The translations under genes were made by a program, and so were the position numbers. A stretch of 19,994 bases of DNA from a virus: UHGV virus genome UHGV-0075856; one strand, given 5' to 3'. Positions 9,931-16,553 of the stretch are shown in pieces. Each line of letters starts with the position of its first letter. Within the stretch, counting starts at the first letter, position 1. Below the pieces are notes generated by a model that ran no database searches, was not told where the DNA came from, and saw nothing but the letters and a program-made list of their open reading frames with translations.

Positions 9931-10249
9931 CATGAAAAAAGAAACGCCCCATGGGTGTTGATGTGTCAATACTGTCTGTCAGACTACGGAAATTAACACC
10001 TTTTTCCCGCAACTCCTCTATAAGCGTGATAAGGTGTTTCATACTTCTGCCAAGCCTATCCAGCTTCCAGACAACCAGCGTATCTCCTTCTGATAACGTT
10101 CTGAGCAGCTTTTTCAAGCCTGGTCTGGCTGACTTTGTTCCGCTTATTTTATCTTCAAAAATCAGTTCACATCCTGCGCAGTTCAGTGCATTTCTTTGTA
10201 AATCTGTGTTTTGGTCATTTGTTGACACACGAATGTAGCCAATTTGCAT
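9812..10249 (-). CDS. Serine DNA invertase (Hin/Gin/Pin family), N-terminal catalytic fragment only; invertase-homologous codons span 10249 down to 9905, then the frame runs into antisense fibre sequence to a stop at 9812
   Basis: Translation MQIGYIRVSTNDQNTDLQRNAL…GDTLVVWKLDRLGRSMKHL…SLTDSIDTSTPMGRFFFHVMGALAEME is the conserved invertase catalytic domain (active-site Ser in YIRVSTNDQ) and then becomes unrelated (GNQERSEYWS…). ATG at 10247-10249 with AAGAGG RBS; the track's TTG at 10258 is 3 codons upstream. HTH domain is absent here. Confidence 0.85.
   Translation of the reverse strand: MQIGYIRVSTNDQNTDLQRNALNCAGCELIFEDKISGTKSARPGLKKLLRTLSEGDTLVVWKLDRLGRSMKHLITLIEELREKGVNFRSLTDSIDTSTPMGRFFFHVMGALAEMEGNQERSEYWSYQEWRVQHLSMQLTRHDQHL
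9893..9918. other. Hybrid serine-invertase crossover site: hix/gix-like left half-site TTCTTGATTACC, central TT (9905-9906), right half CCATTTCTGCTA derived from inside the invertase ORF
   Basis: Left half matches 10/12 to the hixL half-site TTCTTGAAAACC as I recall it. Right half does not match the consensus and is the reverse complement of invertase codons about 114-118. The central dinucleotide coincides with the point where both gene fusions become in-frame. Confidence 0.6.
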
Positions 10250-10302
10250 GAAAAACAACCTCTTTGTTTAGTTAAAAATACATCGTTGGTATAGGTAGGG
10301 AT

Positions 10303-10330
10303 TAAGACTAAAACGTTGGTTTGGGGGAAG
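10303..10330. other. Invertase crossover site at the start of the Sv cassette (AAGACTAAAACG-TT-GGTTTGGGGGAA), adjacent to the invertase promoter region
   Basis: Half-sites resemble hix/gix (…AAAAC-N2-GGTTT…). Right half is identical to the fibre half of the reconstructed Sc junction site. Lies about 60 bp upstream of the invertase start on the opposite strand. Confidence 0.55.
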
Positions 10331-10530
10331 GCTCTGCACTGCCTGTTGGTGTGCCCGTTCCGTGGCCCTTAGAAACACCACCAACGGGCTGGCTAAAATG
10401 CAATGGTGCAGCATTTTCTTCTGAAATGTATCCCAAACTGGCAAAGGCCTACCCCACCAATAAATTACCGGATTTACGCGGTGAGTTTATCCGTGGTTGG
10501 GATGATGGGCGAGGTGTGGATGCGGGAAGG
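10316..10530 (+). repeat. Left inverted repeat of the invertible fibre cassette (conserved 5' part of Sv), about 200 bp, about 90% identical to the inverted copy at 11685-11898
   Basis: Direct comparison: ACGTTGGTTTGGGGGAAGGCTCTGCACTGCCTGTTGGTGTGCCCGTTCCGTGGCC here versus the reverse complement of 11843-11898 (CACGTTGGTTTGGGGGAAGGCTCAGCATTGCCTGTTGGCGTACCTGTTCCGTGGCC). Encoded peptides are near-identical for about 62 aa. Confidence 0.85.
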
Positions 10531-10779
10531 GTCATCTTAAGCATACAGGGGTGGTTAACAGGAAGTCATTATCATAATATTCGGTCATGGGACGCGTGGG
10601 ATAACACGGTATTGGTGCCAAATGACAGAGGGGGGGATAGTCTGTTGTCGACAGATAACGCCGTCCGGCAAGGAGCGATTAATGGTAAATTTACCAGTCA
10701 ATACAGAACGGAGTTATCTGGGGGGAATGAAACCCGCCCACGTAACATTGCCTTCAATTATATTGTGAGAGCAGCATAA
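10321..10779 (+). CDS. Tail-fibre variable C-terminal cassette Sv (receptor-binding part); not fused to Sc in this orientation (in-frame TAA two codons upstream), so the TTG 'start' in the ORF track is an artefact
   Basis: Peptide GEGSALPVGVPVPWP…GWLKCNGAAF…ETRPRNIAFNYIVRAA is paralogous to the - strand cassette. The frame opens exactly at the crossover site and is immediately followed by a fibre-assembly gene. Confidence 0.7.
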   Translation: MGEGSALPVGVPVPWPLETPPTGWLKCNGAAFSSEMYPKLAKAYPTNKLPDLRGEFIRGWDDGRGVDAGRVILSIQGWLTGSHYHNIRSWDAWDNTVLVPNDRGGDSLLSTDNAVRQGAINGKFTSQYRTELSGGNETRPRNIAFNYIVRAA

Positions 10780-11390
10780 TGGATAATGCGATATTAAATA
10801 GCGAACTTATAGCCATACAGGCAGGAAACATTATCGTTTATAACTATGATGGTGGTAATCGGGAATATATTTCTGCATCAACTGAATATCTTGCTGTTGG
10901 CGTTGGTATTCCGGCAAATTCTTGTTTGGATGCTCCAGGCTCACATAAAGCAGGTTATGCGATTCTCCGTTCAGAGGATTTAAGTTCATGGGAGTATGTG
11001 CCAGATCATCGTGGCGAAACTGTCTATAGCATTGACACTGGGAATCCCGAAGAAATCACGGTGTTGGGTGACTATCCGGAAAATACAACCACTATCGCCC
11101 CGCTAACACCATACGACAAATGGGATGGAGAGAAATGGGTGGTTGATACTGAGGCTCAACATAGTGCAGCTGTAGAGGCAGCAGAAACAAAACGTCAGTC
11201 ATTGATTGATACTGCGATGGATTCCATTAGTCTGATTCAGTTGAAATTACGGGCTGGACGGAAGTTGACGCAGGCAGAAACCACGCAGCTTAACTCCGTG
11301 CTAGATTATATAGACGAGCTGAACGCGATGGATTTAACCACGGCACCAGATCTCAACTGGCCTGAAAAACAACTTTCTACAGCCAGTTGA
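10779..11390 (+). CDS. Tail-fibre assembly chaperone (U/Tfa-like, 203 aa)
   Basis: ATG overlaps the Sv stop (TAATG). Sits directly downstream of a fibre C-terminal cassette inside the invertible segment, as in Mu/P1/e14 Tfa arrangements. Assignment by position and size. Confidence 0.6.
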   Translation: MDNAILNSELIAIQAGNIIVYNYDGGNREYISASTEYLAVGVGIPANSCLDAPGSHKAGYAILRSEDLSSWEYVPDHRGETVYSIDTGNPEEITVLGDYPENTTTIAPLTPYDKWDGEKWVVDTEAQHSAAVEAAETKRQSLIDTAMDSISLIQLKLRAGRKLTQAETTQLNSVLDYIDELNAMDLTTAPDLNWPEKQLSTAS

Positions 11391-11395
11391 TATAA

Positions 11396-11898
11396 TTAAT
11401 CCGCCCTCACAATATAATTAAATGCAATATTACGAGGGCGGGTTTCTAAGCCAGCAGTACCTAAATTAGCTACGGACTGTTTATATGTTTTAAAAGTTCC
11501 ATAATTAGGGGCTGGCAATCCTGCATCGCTTGTGTTCCCCCATCTGATAACTCCCGTATTACCACTAGTAGCCCATGCCTCGTCAAAGTAGAAATTAATT
11601 GAGCGGTCAGTTGCTACGGTTGATTTTGACGGTAATCCGTGAGCATGATCCTCCGTTGCATATCCTTGCTCGCTTAAAATAGAGCGACCAGAGTCAATCC
11701 CTCGCCCATCATCCCAGCCACGGATAAACTCACCGCGTAAATCAGGTAATTTTAACGTTGGGTAAACCTTTGCCAGATTTGGGTACTTTTCAGAAGAAAA
11801 TGCTGCTCCGTTACATTTCAGCCACCCCGTTGGCGGAGTGGCTGAGGGCCACGGAACAGGTACGCCAACAGGCAATGCTGAGCCTTCCCCCAAACCAA
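11396..11898 (-). CDS. Alternative tail-fibre variable C-terminal cassette Sv'; would be fused in frame to Sc after inversion
   Basis: Peptide (from the crossover) GLGEGSALPVGVPVPWPSATPPTGWLKCNGAAFSSEKYPNLAKVYPT…ETRPRNIAFNYIVRAD: same conserved ends as Sv with a divergent central region. The ORF-track N-terminal extension (12049-11899) is antisense of the invertase C-terminus and not part of the fibre. Confidence 0.75.
11402..11441. other. Inverted repeat CCGCCCTC…GAGGGCGG (8-bp stem, 24-nt AT-rich loop) between the convergent chaperone and Sv' 3' ends; possible bidirectional terminator
   Basis: Read directly; lies within the last codons of Sv' on the - strand and 12 nt after the chaperone stop; followed by GTTTCT on +. 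Confidence 0.3.
11685..11898 (-). repeat. Right inverted repeat of the invertible fibre cassette (conserved 5' part of Sv')
   Basis: Reverse complement matches 10316-10530 as described for the left repeat. Confidence 0.85.
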
Positions 11899-11910
11899 CG
11901 TGAATTAATT
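11873..11910. other. Second hybrid crossover site: fibre half-site TTCCCCCAAACC, central AA (11897-11898), then CGTGAATTAATT which is invertase codons 119-122 (R-E-L-I)
   Basis: The fibre inverted repeat ends exactly at the codon where invertase homology resumes. The central AA is the complement of the TT at 9905-9906. Confidence 0.6.
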
Positions 11911-12126
11911 GTTGAGAGAACACTGGCCGGACTGGCAGCTGCACGCGAACAGGGACGCATTGGCGGACGTCGCCCGAAGTTGACAAAAGAACAACATGAG
12001 CAAATAGCGAGGTTGATCGAAAATGGCTACAGCAGGAAACAGTTGGCAATTATTTACGATATCGGTGTATCGACGATTTATCGTTATCATCCTGTAGAGA
12101 AGCGCCAAACTCAATCTGAGCTGTAA
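11899..12126 (+). CDS. Serine DNA invertase C-terminal fragment (end of E-helix plus HTH DNA-binding domain, 75 codons); no native start codon in this arrangement
   Basis: Peptide RELIVERTLAGLAAAREQGRIGGRRPKLTKEQHEQIARLIENGYSRKQLAIIYDIGVSTIYRYHP matches the Hin/Gin C-terminus and continues precisely from …GALAEME at the end of the - strand fragment. Upstream in-frame residues (MGKPLPDLG…LPPNQ) are antisense of Sv'. Confidence 0.85.
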   Translation, partial: RELIVERTLAGLAAAREQGRIGGRRPKLTKEQHEQIARLIENGYSRKQLAIIYDIGVSTIYRYHPVEKRQTQSEL

Positions 12127-12435
12127 TTCTAATGCCGCGTCGGTGTAATTTATCTTGATAGAATAGGTACATTTATCGCGCGGCACATCAATTCGATGTA
12201 TCTAGCGCCTGCTGACCGCTAATGAAAACTGTTCTCGAAATGTTGTCCCTAGTCCGAGACTAGGGTATCACCTCTGGAAAGCATACGCAGAACCTTTTTT
12301 AACCCAGGGTGCCCAGCTTTTTTGCTGCTCGCCTTATTCGCAAAAATTAGCTCACATCCTGCGCTTTCAAGTGCTTTTCACTGCATAGCTGTGTTTTGTT
12401 CATTTGTCTATATGCGTACATAGCCTATTAGCATA
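12127..12435 (-). pseudogene. Decayed Cin-like serine invertase remnant (N-terminal about 100 codons, several in-frame stops and frameshifts), convergent with the invertase C-terminal fragment
   Basis: Reverse-strand translation from 12435: MLIGYVR-I*-TNEQNTAMQ*-KALESAGCELIFANKASSKKAGHPGLKKVLRMLSRGDTLV… then frameshifted (…ALDTS…). About 75% nucleotide identity to the 5' end of the invertase at 10121-10250. Recognisable homology fades near 12190; the 3' boundary is uncertain. Confidence 0.7.
12247..12265. other. Perfect palindrome CCCTAGTC-CGA-GACTAGGG inside the invertase pseudogene, at the point where its reading frame collapses
   Basis: Read directly; sits where the pseudogene stops tracking …GDTLVVWKLDRLGRS… in the intact paralogue. 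Confidence 0.5.
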
Positions 12436-12561
12436 TTTTCTGCCCACTATCGTTATTTATTGCAAGCTACAGGTTTTAATTAACAAAACCAGTGTGTGTG
12501 GAAATCACAAAGTGCATACCGTTCTCAAATGTTGTTCAACTTACTGTTGTATAGGTAAAAA

Positions 12562-12825
12562 ATGACATTTTATGTACATATCGTGATGTTATCCCTTCTT
12601 GGTGGGGTGTATTCGTATTTGAGTGGGCTATGTGAAAACCGTTACGAGTCTTCATGCAAGAAATTGCTGGCCGAATGTATTTCCGCCGTACTTGCTGGCT
12701 TTATTGGCATGTATCTCGCGGAATATAAGGACATGAATGAAAGCCTTCAGAGCTGCATGGTTCTTATTTTCAGCGCCAATAGCAGGCTTATTATTGAAGG
12801 TTCCAAAAGTCGGTTGAATAGGTAA
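12562..12825 (+). CDS. Small hydrophobic ORF (87 aa, two predicted membrane segments), unassigned; may be non-coding
   Basis: Open frame with ATG, but only a weak RBS (TAGGTAAAAA). Two hydrophobic stretches (IVMLSLLGGVYSYLSGL; ISAVLAGFIGMYLA). Sits in a 0.77-kb gap between the invertase remnants and the holin gene. Confidence 0.3.
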   Translation: MTFYVHIVMLSLLGGVYSYLSGLCENRYESSCKKLLAECISAVLAGFIGMYLAEYKDMNESLQSCMVLIFSANSRLIIEGSKSRLNR

Positions 12826-12899
12826 GTCTCTTATGCAACATAACCGGTTGAGAAGTTACTTTGCATACCATTACCTCCTGACAACGTAGGAGGGAACTT

Positions 12900-13229
12900 G
12901 TGCTTGACACACAGGAATTAGCTCCAGTTGCTATTGCGCTCCTGCTTTCAGTAATTGGTGGGATAGGCACGTTCCTGATGGATGTCCGAGACGGTCGCCA
13001 GTCTGGCAATTTGTTGGGATTGGTTACGGAGATCTTTGTTGCAGTGACAGCTGGCGCGGTGGCGTACCTATTGGGGCAACACGAGGGCTGGGAGTTATCA
13101 ATTACGTACTTAATGGTAACGATAGCCAGCAATAACGGTCATGAGGTGATTTCAGGGATGAAACGAGTGAATATCGATAGCATTCTGAATGTTCTTACAA
13201 GTTTGGTGAAAAAGGGAGGCGGGAAATGA
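12900..13229 (+). CDS. lydA: Holin (P1 LydA-like, 109 aa)
   Basis: GTG start 5 nt after a strong AGGAGGGAA RBS. 109 aa with hydrophobic membrane segments and a charged C-terminus (…VKKGGGK). Size, position ahead of a 147-aa partner and a dar operon match P1 lydA as I recall it. Confidence 0.6.
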   Translation: MLDTQELAPVAIALLLSVIGGIGTFLMDVRDGRQSGNLLGLVTEIFVAVTAGAVAYLLGQHEGWELSITYLMVTIASNNGHEVISGMKRVNIDSILNVLTSLVKKGGGK

Positions 13230-13669
13230 TTGGCTGGGGTGTATGCGTTCTTGCGTTAGCCTTAGCCGATCGCTATTTGCTAAAACGCAAGGACATCACG
13301 CATTTAGAACTTGGTGATGTGGAAATTAAACCGGGTTTCATCCGGGTGCCGTTCAAATACCGGTCTAAATTCCCGTTTTTGCGCGGCGCAACGGTCAGAT
13401 ATTGGATCCGCGATGTTCAGAAGCCGACGACAGTGATTGAAGGCGAACAACGTTGTTTGACGTCGGCTGAACAGGGCGAAAACAGTGAATGGTTGTACAT
13501 ACCCACTGAATATATGGGTAAAGGAGAGCGACTGTGGCATTTCAACGTCATGGTTACGCATGGCGACTCGTTCATTAACCCGTTGTATCGGATTTTCCCT
13601 GTTACTCAGCAAATCCGCAGAAGTTACGTAATAAATCTCGCACAGGATGTGTCAGATGACGAAAAATAA
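13226..13669 (+). CDS. lydB: Antiholin / holin-associated protein (P1 LydB-like, 147 aa)
   Basis: ATGA overlap with the holin stop (translational coupling). N-terminal hydrophobic segment (GWGVCVLALALA). Size and synteny match P1 lydB as recalled; no catalytic motif seen. Confidence 0.5.
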   Translation: MIGWGVCVLALALADRYLLKRKDITHLELGDVEIKPGFIRVPFKYRSKFPFLRGATVRYWIRDVQKPTTVIEGEQRCLTSAEQGENSEWLYIPTEYMGKGERLWHFNVMVTHGDSFINPLYRIFPVTQQIRRSYVINLAQDVSDDEK

Positions 13670-14258
13670 GTATGCAACGGTCGATTTTGACCAGGTTAAT
13701 GAAAAGGGGCTGAAATCCCTTATCGCGGCGATCAATAAAACCGGTGTTACGGTAATTGAGGTTGACTCCAGCAACCGCGCAACAACGAAAGATGGCGTTA
13801 AAGTTAAAACCGCAAAGCTGGTTCTTAACGACGGACAAATTCTTGCCATACAGGTAAACGATACTGGCGATATATCGTCTGTGAGGCTGAATGGAAAAGC
13901 TATTCCTAACGCTCAGTCGCCGGATATCAAGACGCTTGGTACCGTCATGGGGCAAGCGGCCCGCAAAAACTCCGCAAAATTCCAGAAATCACTGATCGCC
14001 AAAGCGAAACGTGTTGCCAATCCGGTAGACAAGAAACCGGCAGTAAAATCCAACTTTCAGCGCCTGCAAGAGGCAAAACAGCGGAATGCTCAGGTGGTTG
14101 CCGCTTATAAATCAGCGCAGAACTCGGTGTCTTTCAATCAACAGCAGATCACTGATTTGCGGGCGAAGCTGGATAAGGAGACAGGCCGACTCAATAACGA
14201 AAAGGCCCGAAATGGCGAACTCAAACGCCGTCTTAAGCAACTGAAAGCAGGAAATTAA
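13656..14258 (+). CDS. hdf: Hdf-like protein (DarA-homologous fragment; head-associated antirestriction/morphogenesis component), about 200 aa
   Basis: ATG at 13656 with AGGA RBS (track ORF starts at 13647). Shares a segment with the next ORF (…ARKNSAKFQKSLIAKAK… versus …AEKNSAKFQRAQKKKK…, and AAAAACTC[C/G]GCAAAATTCCAG at the nucleotide level). Both have a coiled-coil-like stretch. Confidence 0.55.
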   Translation: MTKNKYATVDFDQVNEKGLKSLIAAINKTGVTVIEVDSSNRATTKDGVKVKTAKLVLNDGQILAIQVNDTGDISSVRLNGKAIPNAQSPDIKTLGTVMGQAARKNSAKFQKSLIAKAKRVANPVDKKPAVKSNFQRLQEAKQRNAQVVAAYKSAQNSVSFNQQQITDLRAKLDKETGRLNNEKARNGELKRRLKQLKAGN

Positions 14259-14259
14259 C

Positions 14260-16179
14260 ATGGAACAGTTCAATATCAATAAAGGGGTGACGATCAAGCC
14301 TGGGCTTGACGTGCTTCCCCCGCCAGTGACTGATGATGAATATCGCGCATTAATGGCCGGTGAGGACCGCTATCTGATGACGGAATCCAACACCCTGGAG
14401 GAAATCGAGGCTACGTTCTTCTATGACACGCCGATCCACTGGTGTGCTACGGATTTACTGGAGGCGATTAGTTCTACTCGTTTGCAGTTACACCGGACCA
14501 TGCAGGCATTTGTCCGGGCATTAAACCAGAAGCTGAATGGTACCGGAATCTCTGCGGGGAGTGATAAAACGGGGGATGTGGCCCAGAACGGTGCACGCGC
14601 GATCGGCGGGGCTGAAATTGGCCGGGCACGTAACGTTAACGGGCTGCCGGTCCTGCCAGCCATTATTCCGCTCAGTGATGGTCAGACTATCAGCATTCTG
14701 TTTCATAGCCCGACAGCGGAAAACCGGATCACCAATAGCGATACGCTGATTGCTTTCCAGTTCTTACTGAATAAAAAAGACGTTACTCATACCGTTGCTC
14801 CGATGAGTGGACGTGATATGACGCTGGCGCAGGTCACCATGAAACTTGCCAACCTTGCAGAGAAAAACTCGGCAAAATTCCAGCGTGCGCAGAAGAAGAA
14901 AAAAGCCCTGGTTGATGAAATAACCCAACTACAGGCTGACAGTGACCAGAAAGAGGATGCCATGAGCGACCTCGCGGATCAGGTGGCAGCGGTAGAAGGG
15001 CAGAAGGTAGATCTGGAGCAGAAAATTAACGCTGTTGCATCGGAAGCGGATTCTCTTTATGAAGAGAATGAGCGTTTGCAGACGGAGATTGATCAGCTCA
15101 ATCGAACTGGTGGGCGCGAAACCATTGCTCCTGCGGGGATGACTGGTGGACACTCTCGCGCGATGACGGATCGCCTTGCAAGTATCAAAAATCGTATGCA
15201 TATGAACGGGGAAGTGACGCTCAGTAATGGTGCATCAATGAAGCAATTCATTGAGGACGGTGAAGGGTATATCCAGTTAACCGATTCGGATGGCAGCGTG
15301 TACATGATCAAGGCTAAATCCATACAGGGTGTGGACATGGCAGATGCGATCGGCAAGCTGTTTAAAGCCTATAAAGCGGGTAATGTATCGGAATACCTGG
15401 TCCAACCAGAAGAACATAAACCGGAAAACGTCGAACCTGAACCAGCGGAGGATACCGGTAGCTCTTCGCCTGAACCAGAAGTCTCTGTAGGTGCATATCG
15501 ATATGCCCTGCAAATGCGTCCGGCGGCCCCTGGCGCAATACCTGAAGGTAACAAAGCAATTCTGCCGCGCCCTGATGAAGGTGACCCGTATTATGAATAT
15601 GCACGCTACGGCATTGCTACTTACGATACCCCGCTTTCTGATCAGCAAATGAGTGAGTACGACCTGAAGTTATTGCCTCGCGAGGATTCTTTCGACTTCT
15701 TGGCGAAGACACTTACTAATGGTCCGTTTGGCAAATATGCACAAAAAGCTCTGGAGCTGGCCACCAGCTCACCAGACGAGTTCCGCGTAATGCTGAAAAC
15801 TCAGTTTCAAAAAACTTTCCCCAATATTGCGTATCCGGGGGGCGCTGGCACCGAAAAAATGGTGCAGAGCATGATCAATGCATTGCAGGCCGAAGTCGGT
15901 GAGATTACTCAGCCAGAACCTGCCCCGGCACAGCCTGATGAAACGGTTAGCGAAGCAGATGCAGAGGCTAATAAAGCCATTGAATATCTCAATAACGTGA
16001 TGGATATGCAAAGCACTGACATGGCGGAGATCCGTAACGCCCGGGGCAATGTCCGGGAAGCGATTGCAGCCCTTCAGGCTGCCGGGCGTTTTGAGGAAAA
16101 CGAAGAGCTGGTTAATGGCGCTGCTCGCCACCTGGCTGATCTGCTGGTAGCAATCCAGAAAGCGGGGGTAGCGGCATGA
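14260..16179 (+). CDS. darA: DarA-like antirestriction/capsid-internal protein (639 aa)
   Basis: 639-aa ORF starting 2 nt after the previous stop. Internal homology to the preceding Hdf-like ORF, a heptad-rich coiled coil (…DEITQLQADSDQKEDAMSDLADQVAAVEGQKVDLEQKINAV…) and an acidic Pro/Glu-rich linker. Size and order (holin, antiholin, hdf, darA, ddrA, ddrB) match the P1 darA operon as I recall it. Confidence 0.6.
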   Translation: MEQFNINKGVTIKPGLDVLPPPVTDDEYRALMAGEDRYLMTESNTLEEIEATFFYDTPIHWCATDLLEAISSTRLQLHRTMQAFVRALNQKLNGTGISAGSDKTGDVAQNGARAIGGAEIGRARNVNGLPVLPAIIPLSDGQTISILFHSPTAENRITNSDTLIAFQFLLNKKDVTHTVAPMSGRDMTLAQVTMKLANLAEKNSAKFQRAQKKKKALVDEITQLQADSDQKEDAMSDLADQVAAVEGQKVDLEQKINAVASEADSLYEENERLQTEIDQLNRTGGRETIAPAGMTGGHSRAMTDRLASIKNRMHMNGEVTLSNGASMKQFIEDGEGYIQLTDSDGSVYMIKAKSIQGVDMADAIGKLFKAYKAGNVSEYLVQPEEHKPENVEPEPAEDTGSSSPEPEVSVGAYRYALQMRPAAPGAIPEGNKAILPRPDEGDPYYEYARYGIATYDTPLSDQQMSEYDLKLLPREDSFDFLAKTLTNGPFGKYAQKALELATSSPDEFRVMLKTQFQKTFPNIAYPGGAGTEKMVQSMINALQAEVGEITQPEPAPAQPDETVSEADAEANKAIEYLNNVMDMQSTDMAEIRNARGNVREAIAALQAAGRFEENEELVNGAARHLADLLVAIQKAGVAA

Positions 16180-16541
16180 CACTATCAGCTATTGAGTTAA
16201 TGGATCTCAGCGATAAGTTGGATGCTCTGATGTCCAAAGCGGCTACCGCGAGTGGCATGGAGTTGCTGGATATCAGCGATGAAATCGACCAGATCATGCA
16301 ACAGATGGGGTACGGCGCGTCCGGAGGTGGTAGTGGCGAGGAAAAACAACCTTCGGAACATGATGGTGTGCCAAAACTGGTTGCTGATTTCCTGGCTGAT
16401 AAATTCGTCGATCAGAGCACCGATGCATTTATCGGTACCTTGCAGGATTTGAGTCAATATGTTGGCACATACATCGACCTGGACCAGGTTAAACAGCACA
16501 CGGCGGCATGGATAGCCGCCAACATTAAAGAGGCAGCATAA
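16176..16541 (+). CDS. ddrA: DdrA-like small acidic protein of the Dar operon (121 aa)
   Basis: ATGA overlap with the darA-like stop; acidic; assignment by synteny and size. Confidence 0.5.
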   Translation: MTLSAIELMDLSDKLDALMSKAATASGMELLDISDEIDQIMQQMGYGASGGGSGEEKQPSEHDGVPKLVADFLADKFVDQSTDAFIGTLQDLSQYVGTYIDLDQVKQHTAAWIAANIKEAA

Positions 16542-16553
16542 GGCGTAACAGGG

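Noticed and set aside
9951-10238. 95-aa + strand ORF
   Set aside because: Exactly antisense to the invertase catalytic domain, which has strong family-specific conservation on the - strand; no RBS; composition typical of an antisense shadow ORF.
11758-11898. N-terminal 47 codons of the + strand ORF 11758-12126 (MGKPLPDLG…LPPNQ)
   Set aside because: This part is antisense of the Sv' fibre cassette; invertase homology starts only at 11899 (RELIVERT…). The ATG at 11758 is unlikely to yield a functional DNA-binding-domain protein.
11899-12049. N-terminal 50 codons of the - strand ORF 11396-12049 (MPTVSCCSHF…)
   Set aside because: Antisense of the invertase C-terminal fragment; fibre homology begins at the crossover site (…GLGEGSALPV…).
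12451-12470. Possible P1 C1-repressor operator-like sequence (TTGCAATAAATAA on the - strand)
   Set aside because: Lacks the TCT spacing I remember for the 17-bp C1 operator consensus (ATTGCTCTAATAAATTT); the match is not convincing without a matrix search.
14421-16297. - strand and alternative-frame ORFs inside the darA-like gene (e.g. 15277-15648, 15769-16182)
   Set aside because: Embedded in a continuous 639-aa ORF that is translationally coupled to its neighbours; no independent support.
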